From Octopus vulgaris (Eukaryota), in the NCBI GenBank assembly GCA_951406725.2, contig OX597837.1:15004001-15068000 (forward strand): 64,000 nt of DNA, read 5' to 3'. The position numbers were made by a program, and so were the translations under genes. Below the pieces are notes generated by a model that did not search any database, was not told the origin of the DNA, and worked only from the letters and a program-made list of their open reading frames with translations. Of the stretch, positions 40,310 to 54,323 are shown piece by piece. How positions within the stretch are numbered: position 1 is the first letter of the stretch; the number at the start of each line of letters is the position of its first letter.

Positions 40310-42500
40310 GGCATTGAGTTGGCAGAACTATTAGCACTCCTTACAAGATGCTTAGCACATTTTTTTTTTATGTTTTGAGTTCAAATTCCGCTGAAGTCGA
40401 CATTACTTTTTATCCTTTCAGGGGCAATGAAATAAGCACTGGAGGAGCCCTGGGGTCCCTGAAATCAATTCACCCTGTCCCCCCCAAAATTCAAGCCTTG
40501 TGCCTGTAGCAGAAAAGCTATTTGCTTGTTCTTTTAACCTATAAAGCTGACCGAGATTATATTTATCTTGCTCCAAATTATTATCTGTTGTGTTTACTAA
40601 TGTGGATGGGGGTTTATGCAAATGAAAGGGGCACTAATTGCTTCACTTTGTCTTACACTGACATGTCTATGTAGTCCCACTAAATCCTACATTGATCCCC
40701 ACCCCACCCACCCCATTCTGTCGATCACATAAATACCAGTAATATACTGGGTCATTGGGCTTATTCACTTCTCTTCAAAATACTACTCACCTATACTATA
40801 TACGTACAGATTAAATGACAGGTTGATATTGATGTGATATGTTGTTATATATGTCAATGTCTACAGTTATTTGATATAAACCAAATGTTGTTATAAATAT
40901 TTTTTTCATTCAATTGGTTGCAGCAGTTTACAAAGTGACTTGAGCTCTGAGAATTCCTCGCATTGACACTTATCAACCTTATCGAGTTCTTGGTGCTTGA
41001 GTCAATCTCTAACTTTGACCGATTAAATGATTCTCGTGTTTTGTGTTGTATTTTCCTGTTGGCAACACGAAACCTGTGCTATACATTTATTGTATCAACC
41101 AAGGGATTCGTCTTACAAATTAACAGTTGTTTCAATGTGTTATTGTATTAATGAAATACAAAACCATATTGAGACAATTGTTTGGTTGTCAGAGACATCT
41201 GGTCAATGGAAGAAATATCAACCATGCAACTAAAACTCCAACTACTTTATCGAGTTATGGTCTACTCAGTTGATGAGGGCATCCAGCTGTAAAAATCCTG
41301 CCAAGACAATCACAGAAGTCTGGTGCAGACTTCTGCCTGGCTGGCTTCTGTCAAACCATTCCACCCATGCCAGCATGGAAGGTGGATGTTAAATGATGAT
41401 GATGATGATATATAGGTGCAGGTGTGGTTGTCTGATTATGAAGTTGGCTTTCCAATCAGATGGTTTCAGGTTCAGTCCTACTGTGTGCCACCTTGGGTAA
41501 AGGTCTTCTTCTATAGCCCCAAGCTAACCAAGGCCTTTTGAGTGGATTTGGTAGATGGAAACTGAAAGAAGCTTATTGTACAGTTTGTGTCTGTAGAAGT
41601 GTGGTATTATGTGTCTCCTTGTCCTGATATCACATGATTGTTGTAAATGTATGGCCACTGTTATTCAAACCTATTCTGCTAGAACATGTCTGGCAATGGG
41701 GAAATATTATCTTGCTTGGAATCAAGTGAGAGTCAGTGACAGCAAGGACATTCAGCCACAGAAAAATCTCTCTTAGCAAACTGCATCTGACCCATGCAAG
41801 CCTGGAAAAGTGGGTATTAAAATGATTAGATAGATACTGTATTTCCATGCATACAAGTTGGTGTAGTTTATAGTATAAGCATCCAAACATTGTCGCATGG
41901 AATTTTGGGTCCTCCAAAGTCTTGGGATAAAAGTCGACCTTTTTTTTTTTTCCTGTAAATTTTGGCCTGAAAATTTGATTTCTGTCCCAGAAAGTACAGA
42001 AGAAGACAAACATAACAAGGCTTATTTTTGACATTTGATAATCTTTGCCTTTCTGCAACTCAAAATGTAGAAGTTTCTCTGTGGCTGGGAATTGCTTCCT
42101 CTGTCAGCCATAATTACCATTACACACTTCCTTATTCTCATACCTGCACTCCTTTATTCTCTCTTATTATTCTCACTGACTCACAAATTCTTTTCTTTCT
42201 CCATTCTTTATTTGTAGAATCCTCCACTCCTCTTCATTGCCAATCTTTCTTTCCACTCACACACACACACACACACACACGCTCAGTCACCACAAGTAAC
42301 TTGAATATCATACTGGACTCTCTCTCTCCCATCAGTCTATTAAGCTATCTCTCTCTATATATATTTTTCTCTTTTCCACCCCTTTCAACACAGCCATGGC
42401 CTTCTCTTTCCACATTCTCTTCTTTAACCAAAAATAGGAAGCCAGCAAAGAAAGGAACTTGTGAAATGGGGGTTCTTATATAACTGCTGAATATTTATGC

Positions 42501-42551
<51 letters not shown>

Positions 42552-43135
42552 CATGCAAATTGAAGATTGGAGTTTATATTACTTTTATTTCCTGGTTGAC
42601 AATACGAGGAGGGAAAATATTTGTGTTGTTCTAATCAAGACTAAAACCATTCCATGGTTGAACTGTTTTGTTTCTGCTGATCTACATTTCCAATGTTTCA
42701 ACTAATTTTGCAAATAGTGAAGAATTTATTAAAAACTGTCTGGTTACTTGTTTGCCATGGAAACCGGGTAACGGGTCCTATGAGCCAAGGCAGTAATATC
42801 CACGGATTGATGATGATGATGATAAAAGTTCAAGAAACCCAAAGGAAGCAAAAAAAGGGGACTTGAACAGGAAAATATAAAGAAATTTTCCAATAAACGC
42901 TTCTGAAAGTGATATGAGAAGAATCTTCTCCATGGCCTCAATATTCTGTAGTGAAATAGATTTTTGTTATCAATGTCTCTTCTTGTTTCAAACAATGGTA
43001 GAGTTTCTTGTTGCCAACATCAGAACTTGTAAGAATTTCTTTTCCATAGGTTGTGTCAATTATTTAATAATGAAAATACAATTTGGTTTTTATGACTAAG
43101 TGAAACTATATATATTTATTTTCGTTTAATTTCAG

Positions 43136-43230
43136 AGTGCGCAATCTCGCTTGTTTATCAAGGGAGGCCGTATTGTCAACGATGATCTCTCCTTCGATGC
43201 TGACATCTACATTGAAGATGGAATTATCAA
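43136..43230 (+). CDS. DPYS: Dihydropyrimidinase/CRMP-family gene, internal coding exon ([32 protein letters not shown])
   Basis: Acceptor tttcag|AGT, donor AA|gtaaga; 95 nt, phase 0 to 2. Translation matches the N-terminal R-L-x-I-K-G-G-x-x-V-N-D-D motif of DHP/CRMP proteins. Not in the ORF track because it lacks its own start. Confidence 0.95.
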
Positions 43231-43262
43231 GTAAGAAATACATTTTGTATTTTTCAGTTCTG

Positions 43263-43449
43263 TACCATATTTGATGGTATATAAGATGCACTTATCCCCC
43301 CCCCCCAAAAAAAATAAATCACCCTGGGTCCTATATAAGAAATTGAGCCCCCCATAAACTTTAATGCACTAAAAATTTCTTTTCGTATGTGCTACTGAAC
43401 TTGGGGTGCATCTTACATGTCCGTGCATCTTTTATGTCATCAAATATTA
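43263..43449. mobile_element. Tc2/pogo-type MITE directly downstream of the 43136 exon
   Basis: Imperfect TIRs taccatatttgatggtatataagatgcac / gtgcatcttttatgtcatcaaatatta. Confidence 0.55.
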
Positions 43450-43508
43450 TACTATAACAGCGACATCTTGTGGCTAAGTCAATATTTATTTCTTTATTGA
43501 ATCCAATT

Positions 43509-43727
43509 TAAACCCTTTTATTACCATATTTCTGTTGAAATGCTTAACCTTTTTGTTTCAATTAATTTTGACAAGAATGGGGAATTCAGTAAAATAATCT
43601 GATGTTTGGAACATAACATATTAACAAAATGTTCAATGGAAGGTTTTAATGTCCACCACTTTAAAACAGGAAGTTTGTATCATAAAATCAGTGAAGGTTT
43701 CAGGTGAGTTGGTATCAAAAGGGTTAA
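43509..43727 (+). mobile_element. piggyBac-type MITE family 1 (~220 bp)
   Basis: Ends CCCTTTTATTACCA ... TGGTATCAAAAGGG followed by TTAA. Copies at about 12040-12263 (-), 51605-51812, 53431-53535, 54413-54633 (-), 59914-60070 and 60200-60432 (-). Confidence 0.75.
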
Positions 43728-44181
43728 GCATCCATGACCAGCCAGAAAGCCATAATAGACTTAGAAAGAAAGAAAGAAAAAAGTATTTTGTTATATTTGT
43801 AAGAAGAAAGAAAAAGAGAAAAACTATTTCCTTTTAAAAGCAAAACACATAATATTAACCATTTGAAATGCTAACATGGCAGACTAATGGTTTATGAATG
43901 AAGATCAGTGCCAGGCTGGAATTAGATTGATTAAAAGACTATTGAAGGTGGTGCTCCAGCATGGTCACGGTCAGTTGACTGAAACCAGTAAGATAATCTT
44001 TTATCGTTTTGCTTGTTTGGCATTGGACTGTGGCCATGCTGGAGCACTGCCTTAAGAGACAAATAGACTCTATTTCAAGTCTGGTTCTTAGCAGTTTGGC
44101 AAATGAAATCAATCTATGTTATAGGGACATAAACAAACCAACACTGGTTGTCAGACAGTGGAGGACAAACAAAGACCACCA

Positions 44182-44212
<31 letters not shown>

Positions 44213-44875
44213 CATTTATAGATACTTATACAATGGCTTCCCACAGCCTCTGTGTACCAGATTCACTCAGAAGGCATTAGTCAACCTGGGGTTATAATAG
44301 AAGGCAATTAACCCATGGTGCCATGCCATGGGACAGAACCCTGAACCCAAGACCATGTGGTTACAAAAATGTTGGTGTGAACCAAGTTTTGAAAGTGGGG
44401 ATAGTGTACATTCAGAGCCAATCTGCAATAAACACTCACACACATACACTGCTTATAATGCACCTCTGCTTCATTGTTAAAGATTAATTAGTCATAAATT
44501 TTTCATCAGATTATTGCGGGGAAAGGCACAATAAAGTCATGAAAAATTTATGACTGTGATTAATTAAGTTATTAATTAACAATTAAAGTGAACTGAACTG
44601 CAACCAGTGCATATGTTCGTTACCAGAATAAAGAATAATCCTTCCCAAATATAATTAGATTTTGAATGCAAATATAGAGGCTTCTGTATTTCTGCACTGA
44701 ATAAAACCATGCTTTCACATTGGTCGATTAAAGCATTTAATTTGGTGATGGAAAAACAAAGGGGCGTAACTGGTAACATGTTTGTCCCGGTTACAATCCG
44801 AGAAGTTATAATGCATTTTAAGCTGTTAATTATCTGTTGAATCATTTGTTTCAAAAATAATCATTAATAAAGATT

Positions 44876-44906
<31 letters not shown>

Positions 44907-46111
44907 CTTAAGCTGCATAGTGATTGGTTGAAATGCAGTTCATAAGATTCAGCCTGCTGGAGTCGATCGGAAGTTATTTATAGCGCAAATTGAGTCAGTT
45001 TGCTTCAGTTATTGATTGTGAAATACAGCTGTCAATAAATACTGCTACTACATAAACTTGAAGATTGTGGAAATCATGAAAGTACTTGTATCATCATAAT
45101 ACATTCAAAATAAAATTATGTTGGAATTTCATTGACTTTGTATATATATTGTAGCATGAAGTTGGCCTCTCAGGTTTCATAGTCTTGCAAATTGCATGAC
45201 AGCTTCACTAGTTGTGGTTTGATGGTAAATGCACCCAGAACACTCTGTAACGGGATTGTCATAAAAACCATATCAAAGCGCACACTGGAGCACAATGTAG
45301 TCCTTGGGCCCATCGGATCCTACACATGGCAGCATGGAACATAGACAGTGGGTGATGTGACCCGTTGTGGATGGTAGTAGTGATTGAATTCTTGAGACAT
45401 CTCTTTTGAATGCTTTGTTTATAAAATTTGCGTAGGTGATATTCTAAACAGCAATAGTGGTAAAGTTAGAAAGGAGGTGGCAGAGAGGAAGAAGACAAAG
45501 AAGGAGAAAGAGAAGGGAGAATAAGAAGGAATGTAGGTAGTATGATAGTAGTAGGGTGTTAAATGGTCAAGTGACCTAAAAGTGGTTTGTTATGGATTAT
45601 AGCAGTGACTGGGACTGTTTTTTAATGAATTCTTGGGAATCTCTTAAGTGTATCATTTTTAATATTTGCGTGTGTATTTGTGTTATTCTAAGGCTGTGGT
45701 GGATACATCATTTGTTGTAGATGCATTCAAAAGTGTGTGTGTGTTTGGAAGATTGAGTTCATTCTGTGGTCCTTTTTTAGCAGGGGAATGTTTTGAAGGA
45801 TGGTGTGAAAGGCTTCATTGTTAAGAGAGTTGTGTGGGGCTATAGTAGATATTTGTTTTGCATTAGGACTAAACCCAAAACCACATGGTTGAGAAATGAA
45901 CTTTTTAATCACTACTCTATCTCTACCTACACACACACATGCACACATGACTGGCTTCCACAGAATTCCTGTGTATCAAACCCAGAACCATACAGTTGAA
46001 ATGGTAACATCTTAACCACTTGGCCATATTTGTGCTCTTAAATGCAAGTGAGACATAGGCTGCTGCGAGGAGGATAGAACATTGATTAGCTACGATAGGG
46101 AAAGACCCGTG

Positions 46112-46340
46112 CTCAGAATATCATTAAGAGAGCACATTTGAAATGAGATAATCCGAAAACAGAGCGGAGTGAATGATGTGATTGTTGAGTACCGAAAGTA
46201 CAACACAATGATGGGAAGACGATTTAGTTAAGTAGTTTGGGAAAAAATGGGAATGAATGGGGCAGTCAAGACAGAATTGGAAGCGCATTGTGACTAGTGG
46301 TGTCTGACAGCATCTGATCACCCGGTTGATACAGGAGATA
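46112..46340 (+). mobile_element. RTE-clade LINE ORF C-terminal remnant (pseudogenised, internally deleted)
   Basis: Translates as LRISLREHI*NEIIRKQSGVNDVIVEYRK and WEDDLVK*FGKKWE*MGQSRQNWKRIV, resembling the RTE 'IRNEEIR..GV.D' and 'RW.D...G..W...A..R..W' motifs. Confidence 0.65.
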
Positions 46341-46495
46341 TCATTTGATTGTCCCTTGTTCAGGCTAATTTTCCATTTCATCCATTCATTGTCCTACCCC
46401 TCCCTCCCCCGCTTTCAAACAGTCCTTGCCCCCTATTGTTTGCTGATGTCTATTGTTTCCTTTTCCTCATTACAAAATATTTCTTTATCTTTCAG

Positions 46496-46569
46496 ACAAA
46501 TTGGCAACAATCTTGTCATTCCAGGTGGTTCAAGAACTATTGAAGCCAAGAACAAACTGGTCATTCCAG
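46496..46569 (+). CDS. DPYS: DPYS/CRMP coding exon (QIGNNLVIPGGSRTIEAKNKLVIP)
   Basis: Polypyrimidine tract and ttcag acceptor, donor G|gtaggt; 74 nt, phase 2 to 1, continuing the frame of the previous exon. Confidence 0.95.
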
Positions 46570-49481
46570 GTAGGTAACATTAAACAAAGCAAAAACAAAC
46601 AAATATTGAAATAAAAACTAAAGTGATACCTATTAGTAAATCTGTCTGTTTGTCCTCACCTAATTTTCTGTTTTTTTTCTTTAACCTAAACTATATTTTT
46701 AGCTTAGTTTTCAATATTCTGAACGTATGAGCTTGACGGCTACACCATTTGCCCAGCCTTATTGATTTAATCTGCACCATTCTCTCTGGAATGCGTACAG
46801 GGTGATAGAAAAGCTTTTAGCTTATTAATAAACTACTTTGGGGTATCAATCAATTGCATTCGTTTGTTATATTTTTTTGATTACACAGCAAATTGTGGTG
46901 AAATTCAACTATTGATTTCTGCTGTTTTCAACTCTGGTTTATGTCCTGTAATCACAGGGAAATCTTAATCTACTTTAAAATAATCTCAGAAATAGCTTTC
47001 TTTTTGGCCGCCCACTTGGCATACACATATATATATATATATATACAGTATAAAATTAATGTGGGCAGCTGGATGCAATATAAACCATCATCATCGTCAT
47101 TTATCGTCTGTTTTCCATGCTGGTATGGCTTGGACAGTTTGACTGAAATTAGTAAACCAGGAAGCTGCACCAGGTTCCAGTCTGATCTGGCATGGTTCTT
47201 ACAGCTGGATGCCCTTCCTTATGCCAATCACTCCAAGAGTATAATGGGTGCTTTTTACGTGCCACCAGCACAGGTGACACTTATGTGACACTGGCATCAG
47301 CCACAACTACAATTCCACTTGGCCTGATGAGTCTTCTCAAGCACAGCAGATCATCAAAGGTCTCTGGCCAAAATTTAGTCATCACTAGTTGTATCTGCTA
47401 GAAATAAGAGTCAAACCACTTATAGCTGCATGAAAGCACATTTATACATACTGACAGGGGAGATAGGTGCCCCATGAGCGAAGTGCGGCTAGAACACTGG
47501 ATTGCAGAGTTCCGTCCTGATGGGAATTGTCAACAGTGTGCTTTCATGGAACAGCTAATTCTCTCTGCCATATTGTTTCACTGATTGGGCTGTGGCCATA
47601 CTGGGGCATCACCTTGAAGGCTTCTAGTCATAGATACCCATCATGCCCCTACCCCCATGTTTATTCTTCAAGTCTGTTAGTCTCTTGGTCTTTTTCACTG
47701 AACTGCCATGTTATGAGGATGTAAACAAACCAGCACCAGTTGCTCAACAGTGGTGGGGGACAAACTTGATGCGTGTGCGCATCGGTGCACACAGACAAGA
47801 CAAGCTTCCACACAGATTTTACCAACCAAATTCGCTCACAAGGCATTGGTCGACCAAGGGCTGTAATAGAAGACACTTGCCCAAGGTGGGGCCTAGAGGG
47901 ACTGAACCTGAGACCACATGGTTGGTTGCAAAACAAGCTTATATATAATTTTGCTTATAATGGTACTGAGATTTCATCATCATATCCATTTTTGGTTCCG
48001 TGTTGGCATGAGTTGGACAGCTCTTACATCCTCACATCACCTTCCCCATCCCCAAAGATTCTCCATCATCTGGCAGTCACAGCAGCAGAGGAAACCAGCC
48101 ATCTCTGTTGCCATGTTTTGTTTTTTTTTAATATTTTTTTAGCAGCTGAATCCTCTTTCTATATAACCAACCACTTCACAGGAAATTTTCTGCAACAAGA
48201 CCCAAGAATTTCCTCCATACTCTATTTACCACTTTTCTTACGACCCAAGAATTTGTTTCAGTTGATTTCATGAGATTGAAAGGAACAGCTCAATAGATTT
48301 CAATATTGGTGGAACAAACATAAGCACAGACAATATAAGTCAGTGTGTTCTATGCAAAAGACCATTCCTTGTTACTTTTAAGAAAGAAAAGTTGACTGTC
48401 GTTATGTTAATTTTTAGGAGGAAATGTAGGCCATCGTTATGTCATTCTTAAGTAAGACATGTCGGCCGATGCGTCATCTTAAGTAGCAATGTAGGACTTC
48501 ATTATAGCGTTTTTTGCGGGGTGGGGGTGTCAAGTAGGAATTAAATGCATGAGAAATCTGTGATCACCCAACCTGTCTTGGAGGACAGTAATTCCAAATA
48601 AGAACTGACTCTGACTGTAATGACATCCAACCATGCAAGCGTTGGAAGTCGGTGAGGAATGATGATGATTAATAAGCATTTCTAAAGAACGTTTTTATGT
48701 CTTTTAAACCCAATTGAAAACCCACAAATATATTTTTTTAAGGGGGAGACTTTGTCTGTAACTTGGCTCAACACTTGCACCTGGTCTTCTGCTGTCTTTT
48801 GAAGAGTTCATTCTGTTGCAAACATTGGTGCCAAATCAGCAATCTGAGAAATACTTCCACCTTTTTCTCCTGCTAGTCTCAGGGGCTGTAAAAATGGTCA
48901 AGGGATCTTCTTTGACCCTCTCTGCTCTCTCTTTTAGTCTCATAAAAAAGAAAACTACATTAGGTTTCTTTTCCTTTAATTTTCCAAAACAATTTTGCCT
49001 CCATTTTCTGAATTGTCTTTAGATTATTCTCCTCAGCTGAGTGGGATTTTACCGTTTTTTTCTTTCCTGTCTTGCAAGTTACATGGCAACCCCATTAGTG
49101 TTGGTGGCACAGAAAAAACACCCAGTACATACTGTGAAGTGGTTGGTGTTAGGAAAGGGATCCAGCTGTAGAAACCATGCCAAAGCTAACATGGAGTACA
49201 ATGCAGCCTTATAGCTCACTGGATATTATCAAACCATCCAACTCATGGCAAACAGACATTAAATGATTATTATTATTATTATTATTATTATCCATTTAAC
49301 TTCTCATATCTATGTCCCTGTTGCATCTCTGCTCCATCCCACAGTTTAGAGACGCAACACTTTCCTCAACACACAAAATGTTCCAAGTATTGCTGCCAAC
49401 TGATTACTTCCTATGAAGTTTGGTATTTGCAGCTGTTGATGCTAGAGTATTGCTCTCTTTGAAACGCTCCCAGGTGTACCA

Positions 49482-49516
<35 letters not shown>

Positions 49517-51133
49517 AAAGCTTTTAGAAATTATAAAAAACTAAAGACTTACATTTGAGTTTATCAAAACCAAACAATAGTTTTTTTGGGTTTTTTTGTG
49601 TAAAATATGTTACAAAAGATGTTAAGAGTCCTTAAGCTAGAAGTTCAAGTGATGGAGGATAGTAGTTTGTGTCTGAAGATCATGAGGAGTGGCATGGCCT
49701 CAATTGGTGGTGTAAACCAATCCTTGACGCCACAAAGCTTTTCTTTCTGCCTGCACTTGTAGTTTTAAAGTGAGTCAGCTGATGCCATCTGATTCCATTC
49801 TTTAGATTTGGTGGTCTGACCACAGTGGCTCAATGGGCCAAGACAGCTGTGGTGACCAGCAAGCTGTAAATTTCACATTGCTTGACTAAAGGCGGTGCTC
49901 CAGCATGGCCGCAGTCAAATGACTGAAACAAGTAAAAGAGTAAAATCCTTAAAGGTGGTGCTCCAGTATTTCCAACTCTTCTGCTAACTTTTGGCCACCA
50001 GTCTAATAATGGTCGGCTGTTGAGGCATTCTGCAATTCAAGTGAAATGCAATATCCAGTTCACACAAAACGGTCTTTTGTTGTATTTGCTTGATTCCGTT
50101 TAATCGTTATCAGTAGACACAATGCTCTATTTATCTAAGATTTTCTGTCGTTCACAATATTGTGGTTGATGTAATGAACCACCGTTCCTGACACATCACA
50201 GTTGAATATGAAAATCTCCCTGACTTTTAAATGTTTAAACAGATAAATATATAGCAAGTGTGTGTGTGTATGGCAAGCATGTGTCTGTATGTGTGAAGTA
50301 AAATATATGAACTCATCATCATCATCATTTAATGTCTGTTTTCCATGCTAGCGTGGGTTGGACAGTTCGACCGGGGTCTGGGAAGCCAGGAGGCTGCACC
50401 AGGCTCCAGTCTGATCTGGCAGTGTTTCTAGACCTGGATGCCCTTCCTAATGCCAACCACTCTGTGTGTAATCTGCAGGTCAGTTACAAAAGTGACTCGA
50501 GAGATGAGTTTTGTGTCTGGCATTCATCTTGCATGAAACTCTCTTTCCTTGAGTCATTTTTGTGCCTTTTCTTCTGCTAATTTAAAAAAGCATACCCCGT
50601 TATTGAGTTCTGTTTCTTCTGTTTGTTTCAATAAACCCATACATACATGCTATACCACCACCACCACCATCATCATTTAACAACTGCTTTCCATGAGAGG
50701 TAACAGGGACTTCGAAGTTCCAGCCTGCTAGCTTCCATCAACTTTGAAGTCTATTTTGTGTAAAAGTGATAAAAAGTGTGTACAAAAAGTACCGAGTAAT
50801 TCTTCAGTTTAATGTGAAATTGTTTTTATTATTTATAACTCAACATAAAAACCAGCATTGATGTGTGTGTGTGTGTGTGTGTTTGGTAACTCTGTCAGTG
50901 CTGGTGCCATGTGAAAAATACCGGTAATTGGGGCCATAAGAATCACCCAGTGCACTCTGTACAGATGTTGGTATTAAGGACATCCAACCATAGAACCATA
51001 CCAAAACAGACAAATGGAGACTGGTGTGGCCCCTGGCCTTGTCAGCTCCTGTCAAACCGTCCAACCCATGCCAGCATGGAAAACAAACATTAAATGGTGA
51101 TGGTGTTTATATATTGAACCTTTTTCTTTTTGA

Positions 51134-51319
<186 letters not shown>

Positions 51320-51945
51320 TAGTCCACTAACTCAGTCTCTTCAACAACCGATCTTATCTGCAGACTTTCTTCTTCTTACCGTTTTCTATCTTGCAATAAT
51401 ATCACTTGAAAATATCCTGTTTTAGAAGTAGTGGCATAACTCTTTTAAATTCTCAGCATTTCAAGCCTGCTGCTCCTCGTTGGAATGAATTGGACAGGGT
51501 TTCTGAAGCAGTGTTTTATAACCGGTTGCTCTTCCTGTTGCTTCTTTCAACACACAGGGATGTGGAGTATTTATTCTAAAGCCAAGAACACAAGAGAGAG
51601 ATCATTTAATCCTTTTCTTTTTGTGTTTTGGTCGAAATGCACAACATTTATTTCAATTAATTTTTAAAATAACGAAGAATTCAGTAAATCAACTTTTCCC
51701 TTATTAAGTTGGTATTTAGAAGATAAATAAATCGCCTTGAAGTGTTGATGGAGAATTAACTTTAAAACCAGAAATGTTTAACATAAAACCAAAATCGGTT
51801 CCAAGTTGGGTGGAATTGGTGAGTGAATAGATTCATTGCTGTATATTTTCTGGTTTCCCTTAGGCATAATGATACTAATTACCAGTTGTCAGAATTTAGT
51901 ATACTTATGCTTTAGAGTATAACATCAGGTGAGTACAGGGTAATA

Positions 51946-52246
51946 TCAGTTAATGAATGACAAAAGAACTTTCAGTAGCTCACAGCTGTTTCTGCTGTTA
52001 GAAACGGTGCACTCAGAACTGAGTGCTTGCTTGTGTGATATCTTGTAGGAGTGAAGTGTTTGTTAATTGCAGAAAGTATTTAAATGCTTCCTGCAATAAA
52101 CACACACTTCATTTAAATGGCTCTGAGAAAGCTATAAGATGCTGCATGAACATTCAACCTGACGGCAGTGTTTCTCGTAGCAGAAACAACTGTAAGCTAA
52201 TGCAAGTGATTACAGAACTCCTGTTCTTTTGTCATTCATTAATTGA
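51946..52246. mobile_element. ~300 bp fold-back element with nested hairpins and a decayed hammerhead (probable PLE inverted pLTR or MITE)
   Basis: Outer arms tcagttaatgaatgacaaaagaac / gttcttttgtcattcattaattga; second arms tagctcacagctgtttctgct / agcagaaacaactgtaagcta; central palindrome 52052-52111. Confidence 0.55.
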
Positions 52247-52636
52247 ACTCTATAGATAGATAGAACTTTAAAACCTGCCTCTACTATTATTTTTTAGTAT
52301 TTTCCCTCCTTCAATAATGTCTCTCGGTACTTTGTTAATTTTCTGTGCAGATTAATGTACATTGTTGTCCATTTACTTGATGTGTCTCTTATTACTTTGG
52401 CAAGTACACAGACATGCTTCAATGAAGAGGATTAATAAGACCAAAACATGTCTAGAGTTGTGTCTCATTCTTGCCAAAGTAGTTACAATTTAGCTTTCAG
52501 ATTATTCTGTCAAATGTAATGCTTATTTATTCACATTGTTTAGAATTCTTCATGCATTATTTTGTAGCTTCAAGATTTCATTGGTATATTTGTTTACTTA
52601 TCTTTACCTTATCTATTTACTATATATTATTATATG

Positions 52637-52902
52637 TCGGGTCATCCCATAAATAATGTGGTTTTTTTTATACTTCTTTTATTTTTCAAAATTAAGGTAA
52701 ACAAAGTTCTTTTTTAATCTAGAATATATTCTCCTTCATTTCCCGCAATGCTCTTCCATCTATCTGATAGACTTGCAAAGCCCCTCTTCCAAAATTCACT
52801 TGTCCATGATGAAAAATACTCCTCCAGTACTGTTCTGACCTCGTCTACAGAATTCATATTTTTTCCGTCCAAATGATTTTGAAGATTACAGAATAAATGA
52901 TA
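52637..52902 (-). mobile_element. Mariner transposon 3' remnant (transposase C-terminus plus probable TIR)
   Basis: Minus-strand translation YHLFCNLQNHLDGKNMNSVDEVRTVLEEYFSSWTSEFWKRGFASLSDRWKSIAGNEGEYILD* matches the mariner (D)YHLF..LQN.L.GK ... RW.....GEY C-terminus. TIR-like tcgggtcatcccataaataatg next to a TA run. Truncated by a SINE. Confidence 0.85.
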
Positions 52903-53169
52903 TCTTGACATCATGTAATAGTTGAAATGGGTGTCACTGTCATAGAAGCTGCACCATTCTTTTCTAATATTCAGCAAAATTATGTGTGACCATAGTAAAA
53001 TATTACCTAGCTTGAGAGAGGCTTGGCAACAGGAAGGGCACCCAGCTGTAGAAAATCTGCCTCAATAACCTTTATCTGGCCGACGCCAGCATGACAATGA
53101 CGAACCTTTTGAATAGAATCTTCAAGAAATATCAGGCTGACCTCTAATGATTCTTTTCTTTTATTTCAG

Positions 53170-53334
53170 TGGATTTTGTGTTGGACCCTCGAGGCTGTTC
53201 ACTCTTAGATGCTTACGAGAAGTGGAGAGATTGGGCTGATTCTAAAGTGTGCTGTGATTATGGTCTCCATATTGGCGTTACATGGTGGGATCCTCAAGTG
53301 GCCAAAGAAATGGATCTCTTGGTGAAAGAGAGAG
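53170..53334 (+). CDS. DPYS: DPYS/CRMP coding exon (MDFVLDPRGCSLLDAYEKWRDWADSKVCCDYGLHIGVTWWDPQVAKEMDLLVKER)
   Basis: Acceptor atttcag|, donor G|gtaaat; 165 nt, phase 1 to 1. The WADxKVCCDYxLH motif is typical of DHP/CRMP. Confidence 0.97.
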
Positions 53335-53433
53335 GTAAATATCTGGACAATTTCTCTTACTTTGTGCAAACTATTCTTTCATTTCTTCATTCTTTCCTCA
53401 AAAGAATATTTCCAAAATATATTTTAAAATTTA

Positions 53434-54323
53434 ACCTTTTTGTTGCCATATTTCTGTTGAAATACATCGTCTTTCTTTCAATTAATTTTGAAACTAACGA
53501 GATATAATTTTCTTATATCTTTGTCATTACTTAACTGTGTTTCCAGAATGTAGATTCACTCTTTGCCTCTCCAGTCTATCACACGTGATGCACAGAACAT
53601 ATTTCCCGAGCATCGATGCATCACGTATGATAGACATTGCCCTTTATTTTTTTTTTTTCAACCAATAGAATAAATAAATGGGGTTTTATGAAAGGAACAC
53701 TTTATATTAACTCTGAACATTTGAAACAAGGACTGGCCAAAGCCTGAAAACAAGCATGGACATTTGAAAGAAACTTCTGAAAATGCTTTGGAGAAACAAA
53801 GGGTTCTTTAGAATTTGGTTGAGATTTTTTTCATTTTTTCTCTTTAAAATGGGGGAAGAATATTTCAAGATATATTAAAAATTCAATAAATTTAGTTACC
53901 TTTTTGTTGCCATATTTCTGTTGAAATCATTGTCTTTCTTTCAATTAATTTTGAAACTAACGAGATATAATTATCTTCTATCTTTGTCATTACTTAACTG
54001 TGTTTCCAGAATGTAGATTCACTCTTTGCCTCTCCAGTCTATCACACGTGATGCACAGAACATATTTCCCGAGCATCGATGCATCACGTATGATAGACAT
54101 TGCCCTTTATTTTTTTTTTTCAACCAATAGAATAAATAAATGGGGTTTTATGAAAGGAACACTTTATATTAACTCTGAACATTTGAAACAAGGACTGGCC
54201 AAAGCCTGAAAACAAGCATGGACATTTGAAAGAAACTTCTGAAAATGCTTTGGATAAACAAAGGGTTAACATAGAATTTGGTGTGAGATTTTTTTTCATT
54301 TTGATCTCTTTAAAATGGGGGAA
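53434..54323 (+). repeat. Direct tandem duplication, period about 464 bp
   Basis: 53434-53857 repeats as 53898-54323; the centres look identical and the ends differ. Confidence 0.95.

Noticed and set aside
49908-49940. SINE tail CAGTCAAATGACTGAAACAAGTA as half a hammerhead
   Set aside because: No upstream CUGANGA in any copy; more simply a LINE-recognition stem-loop.
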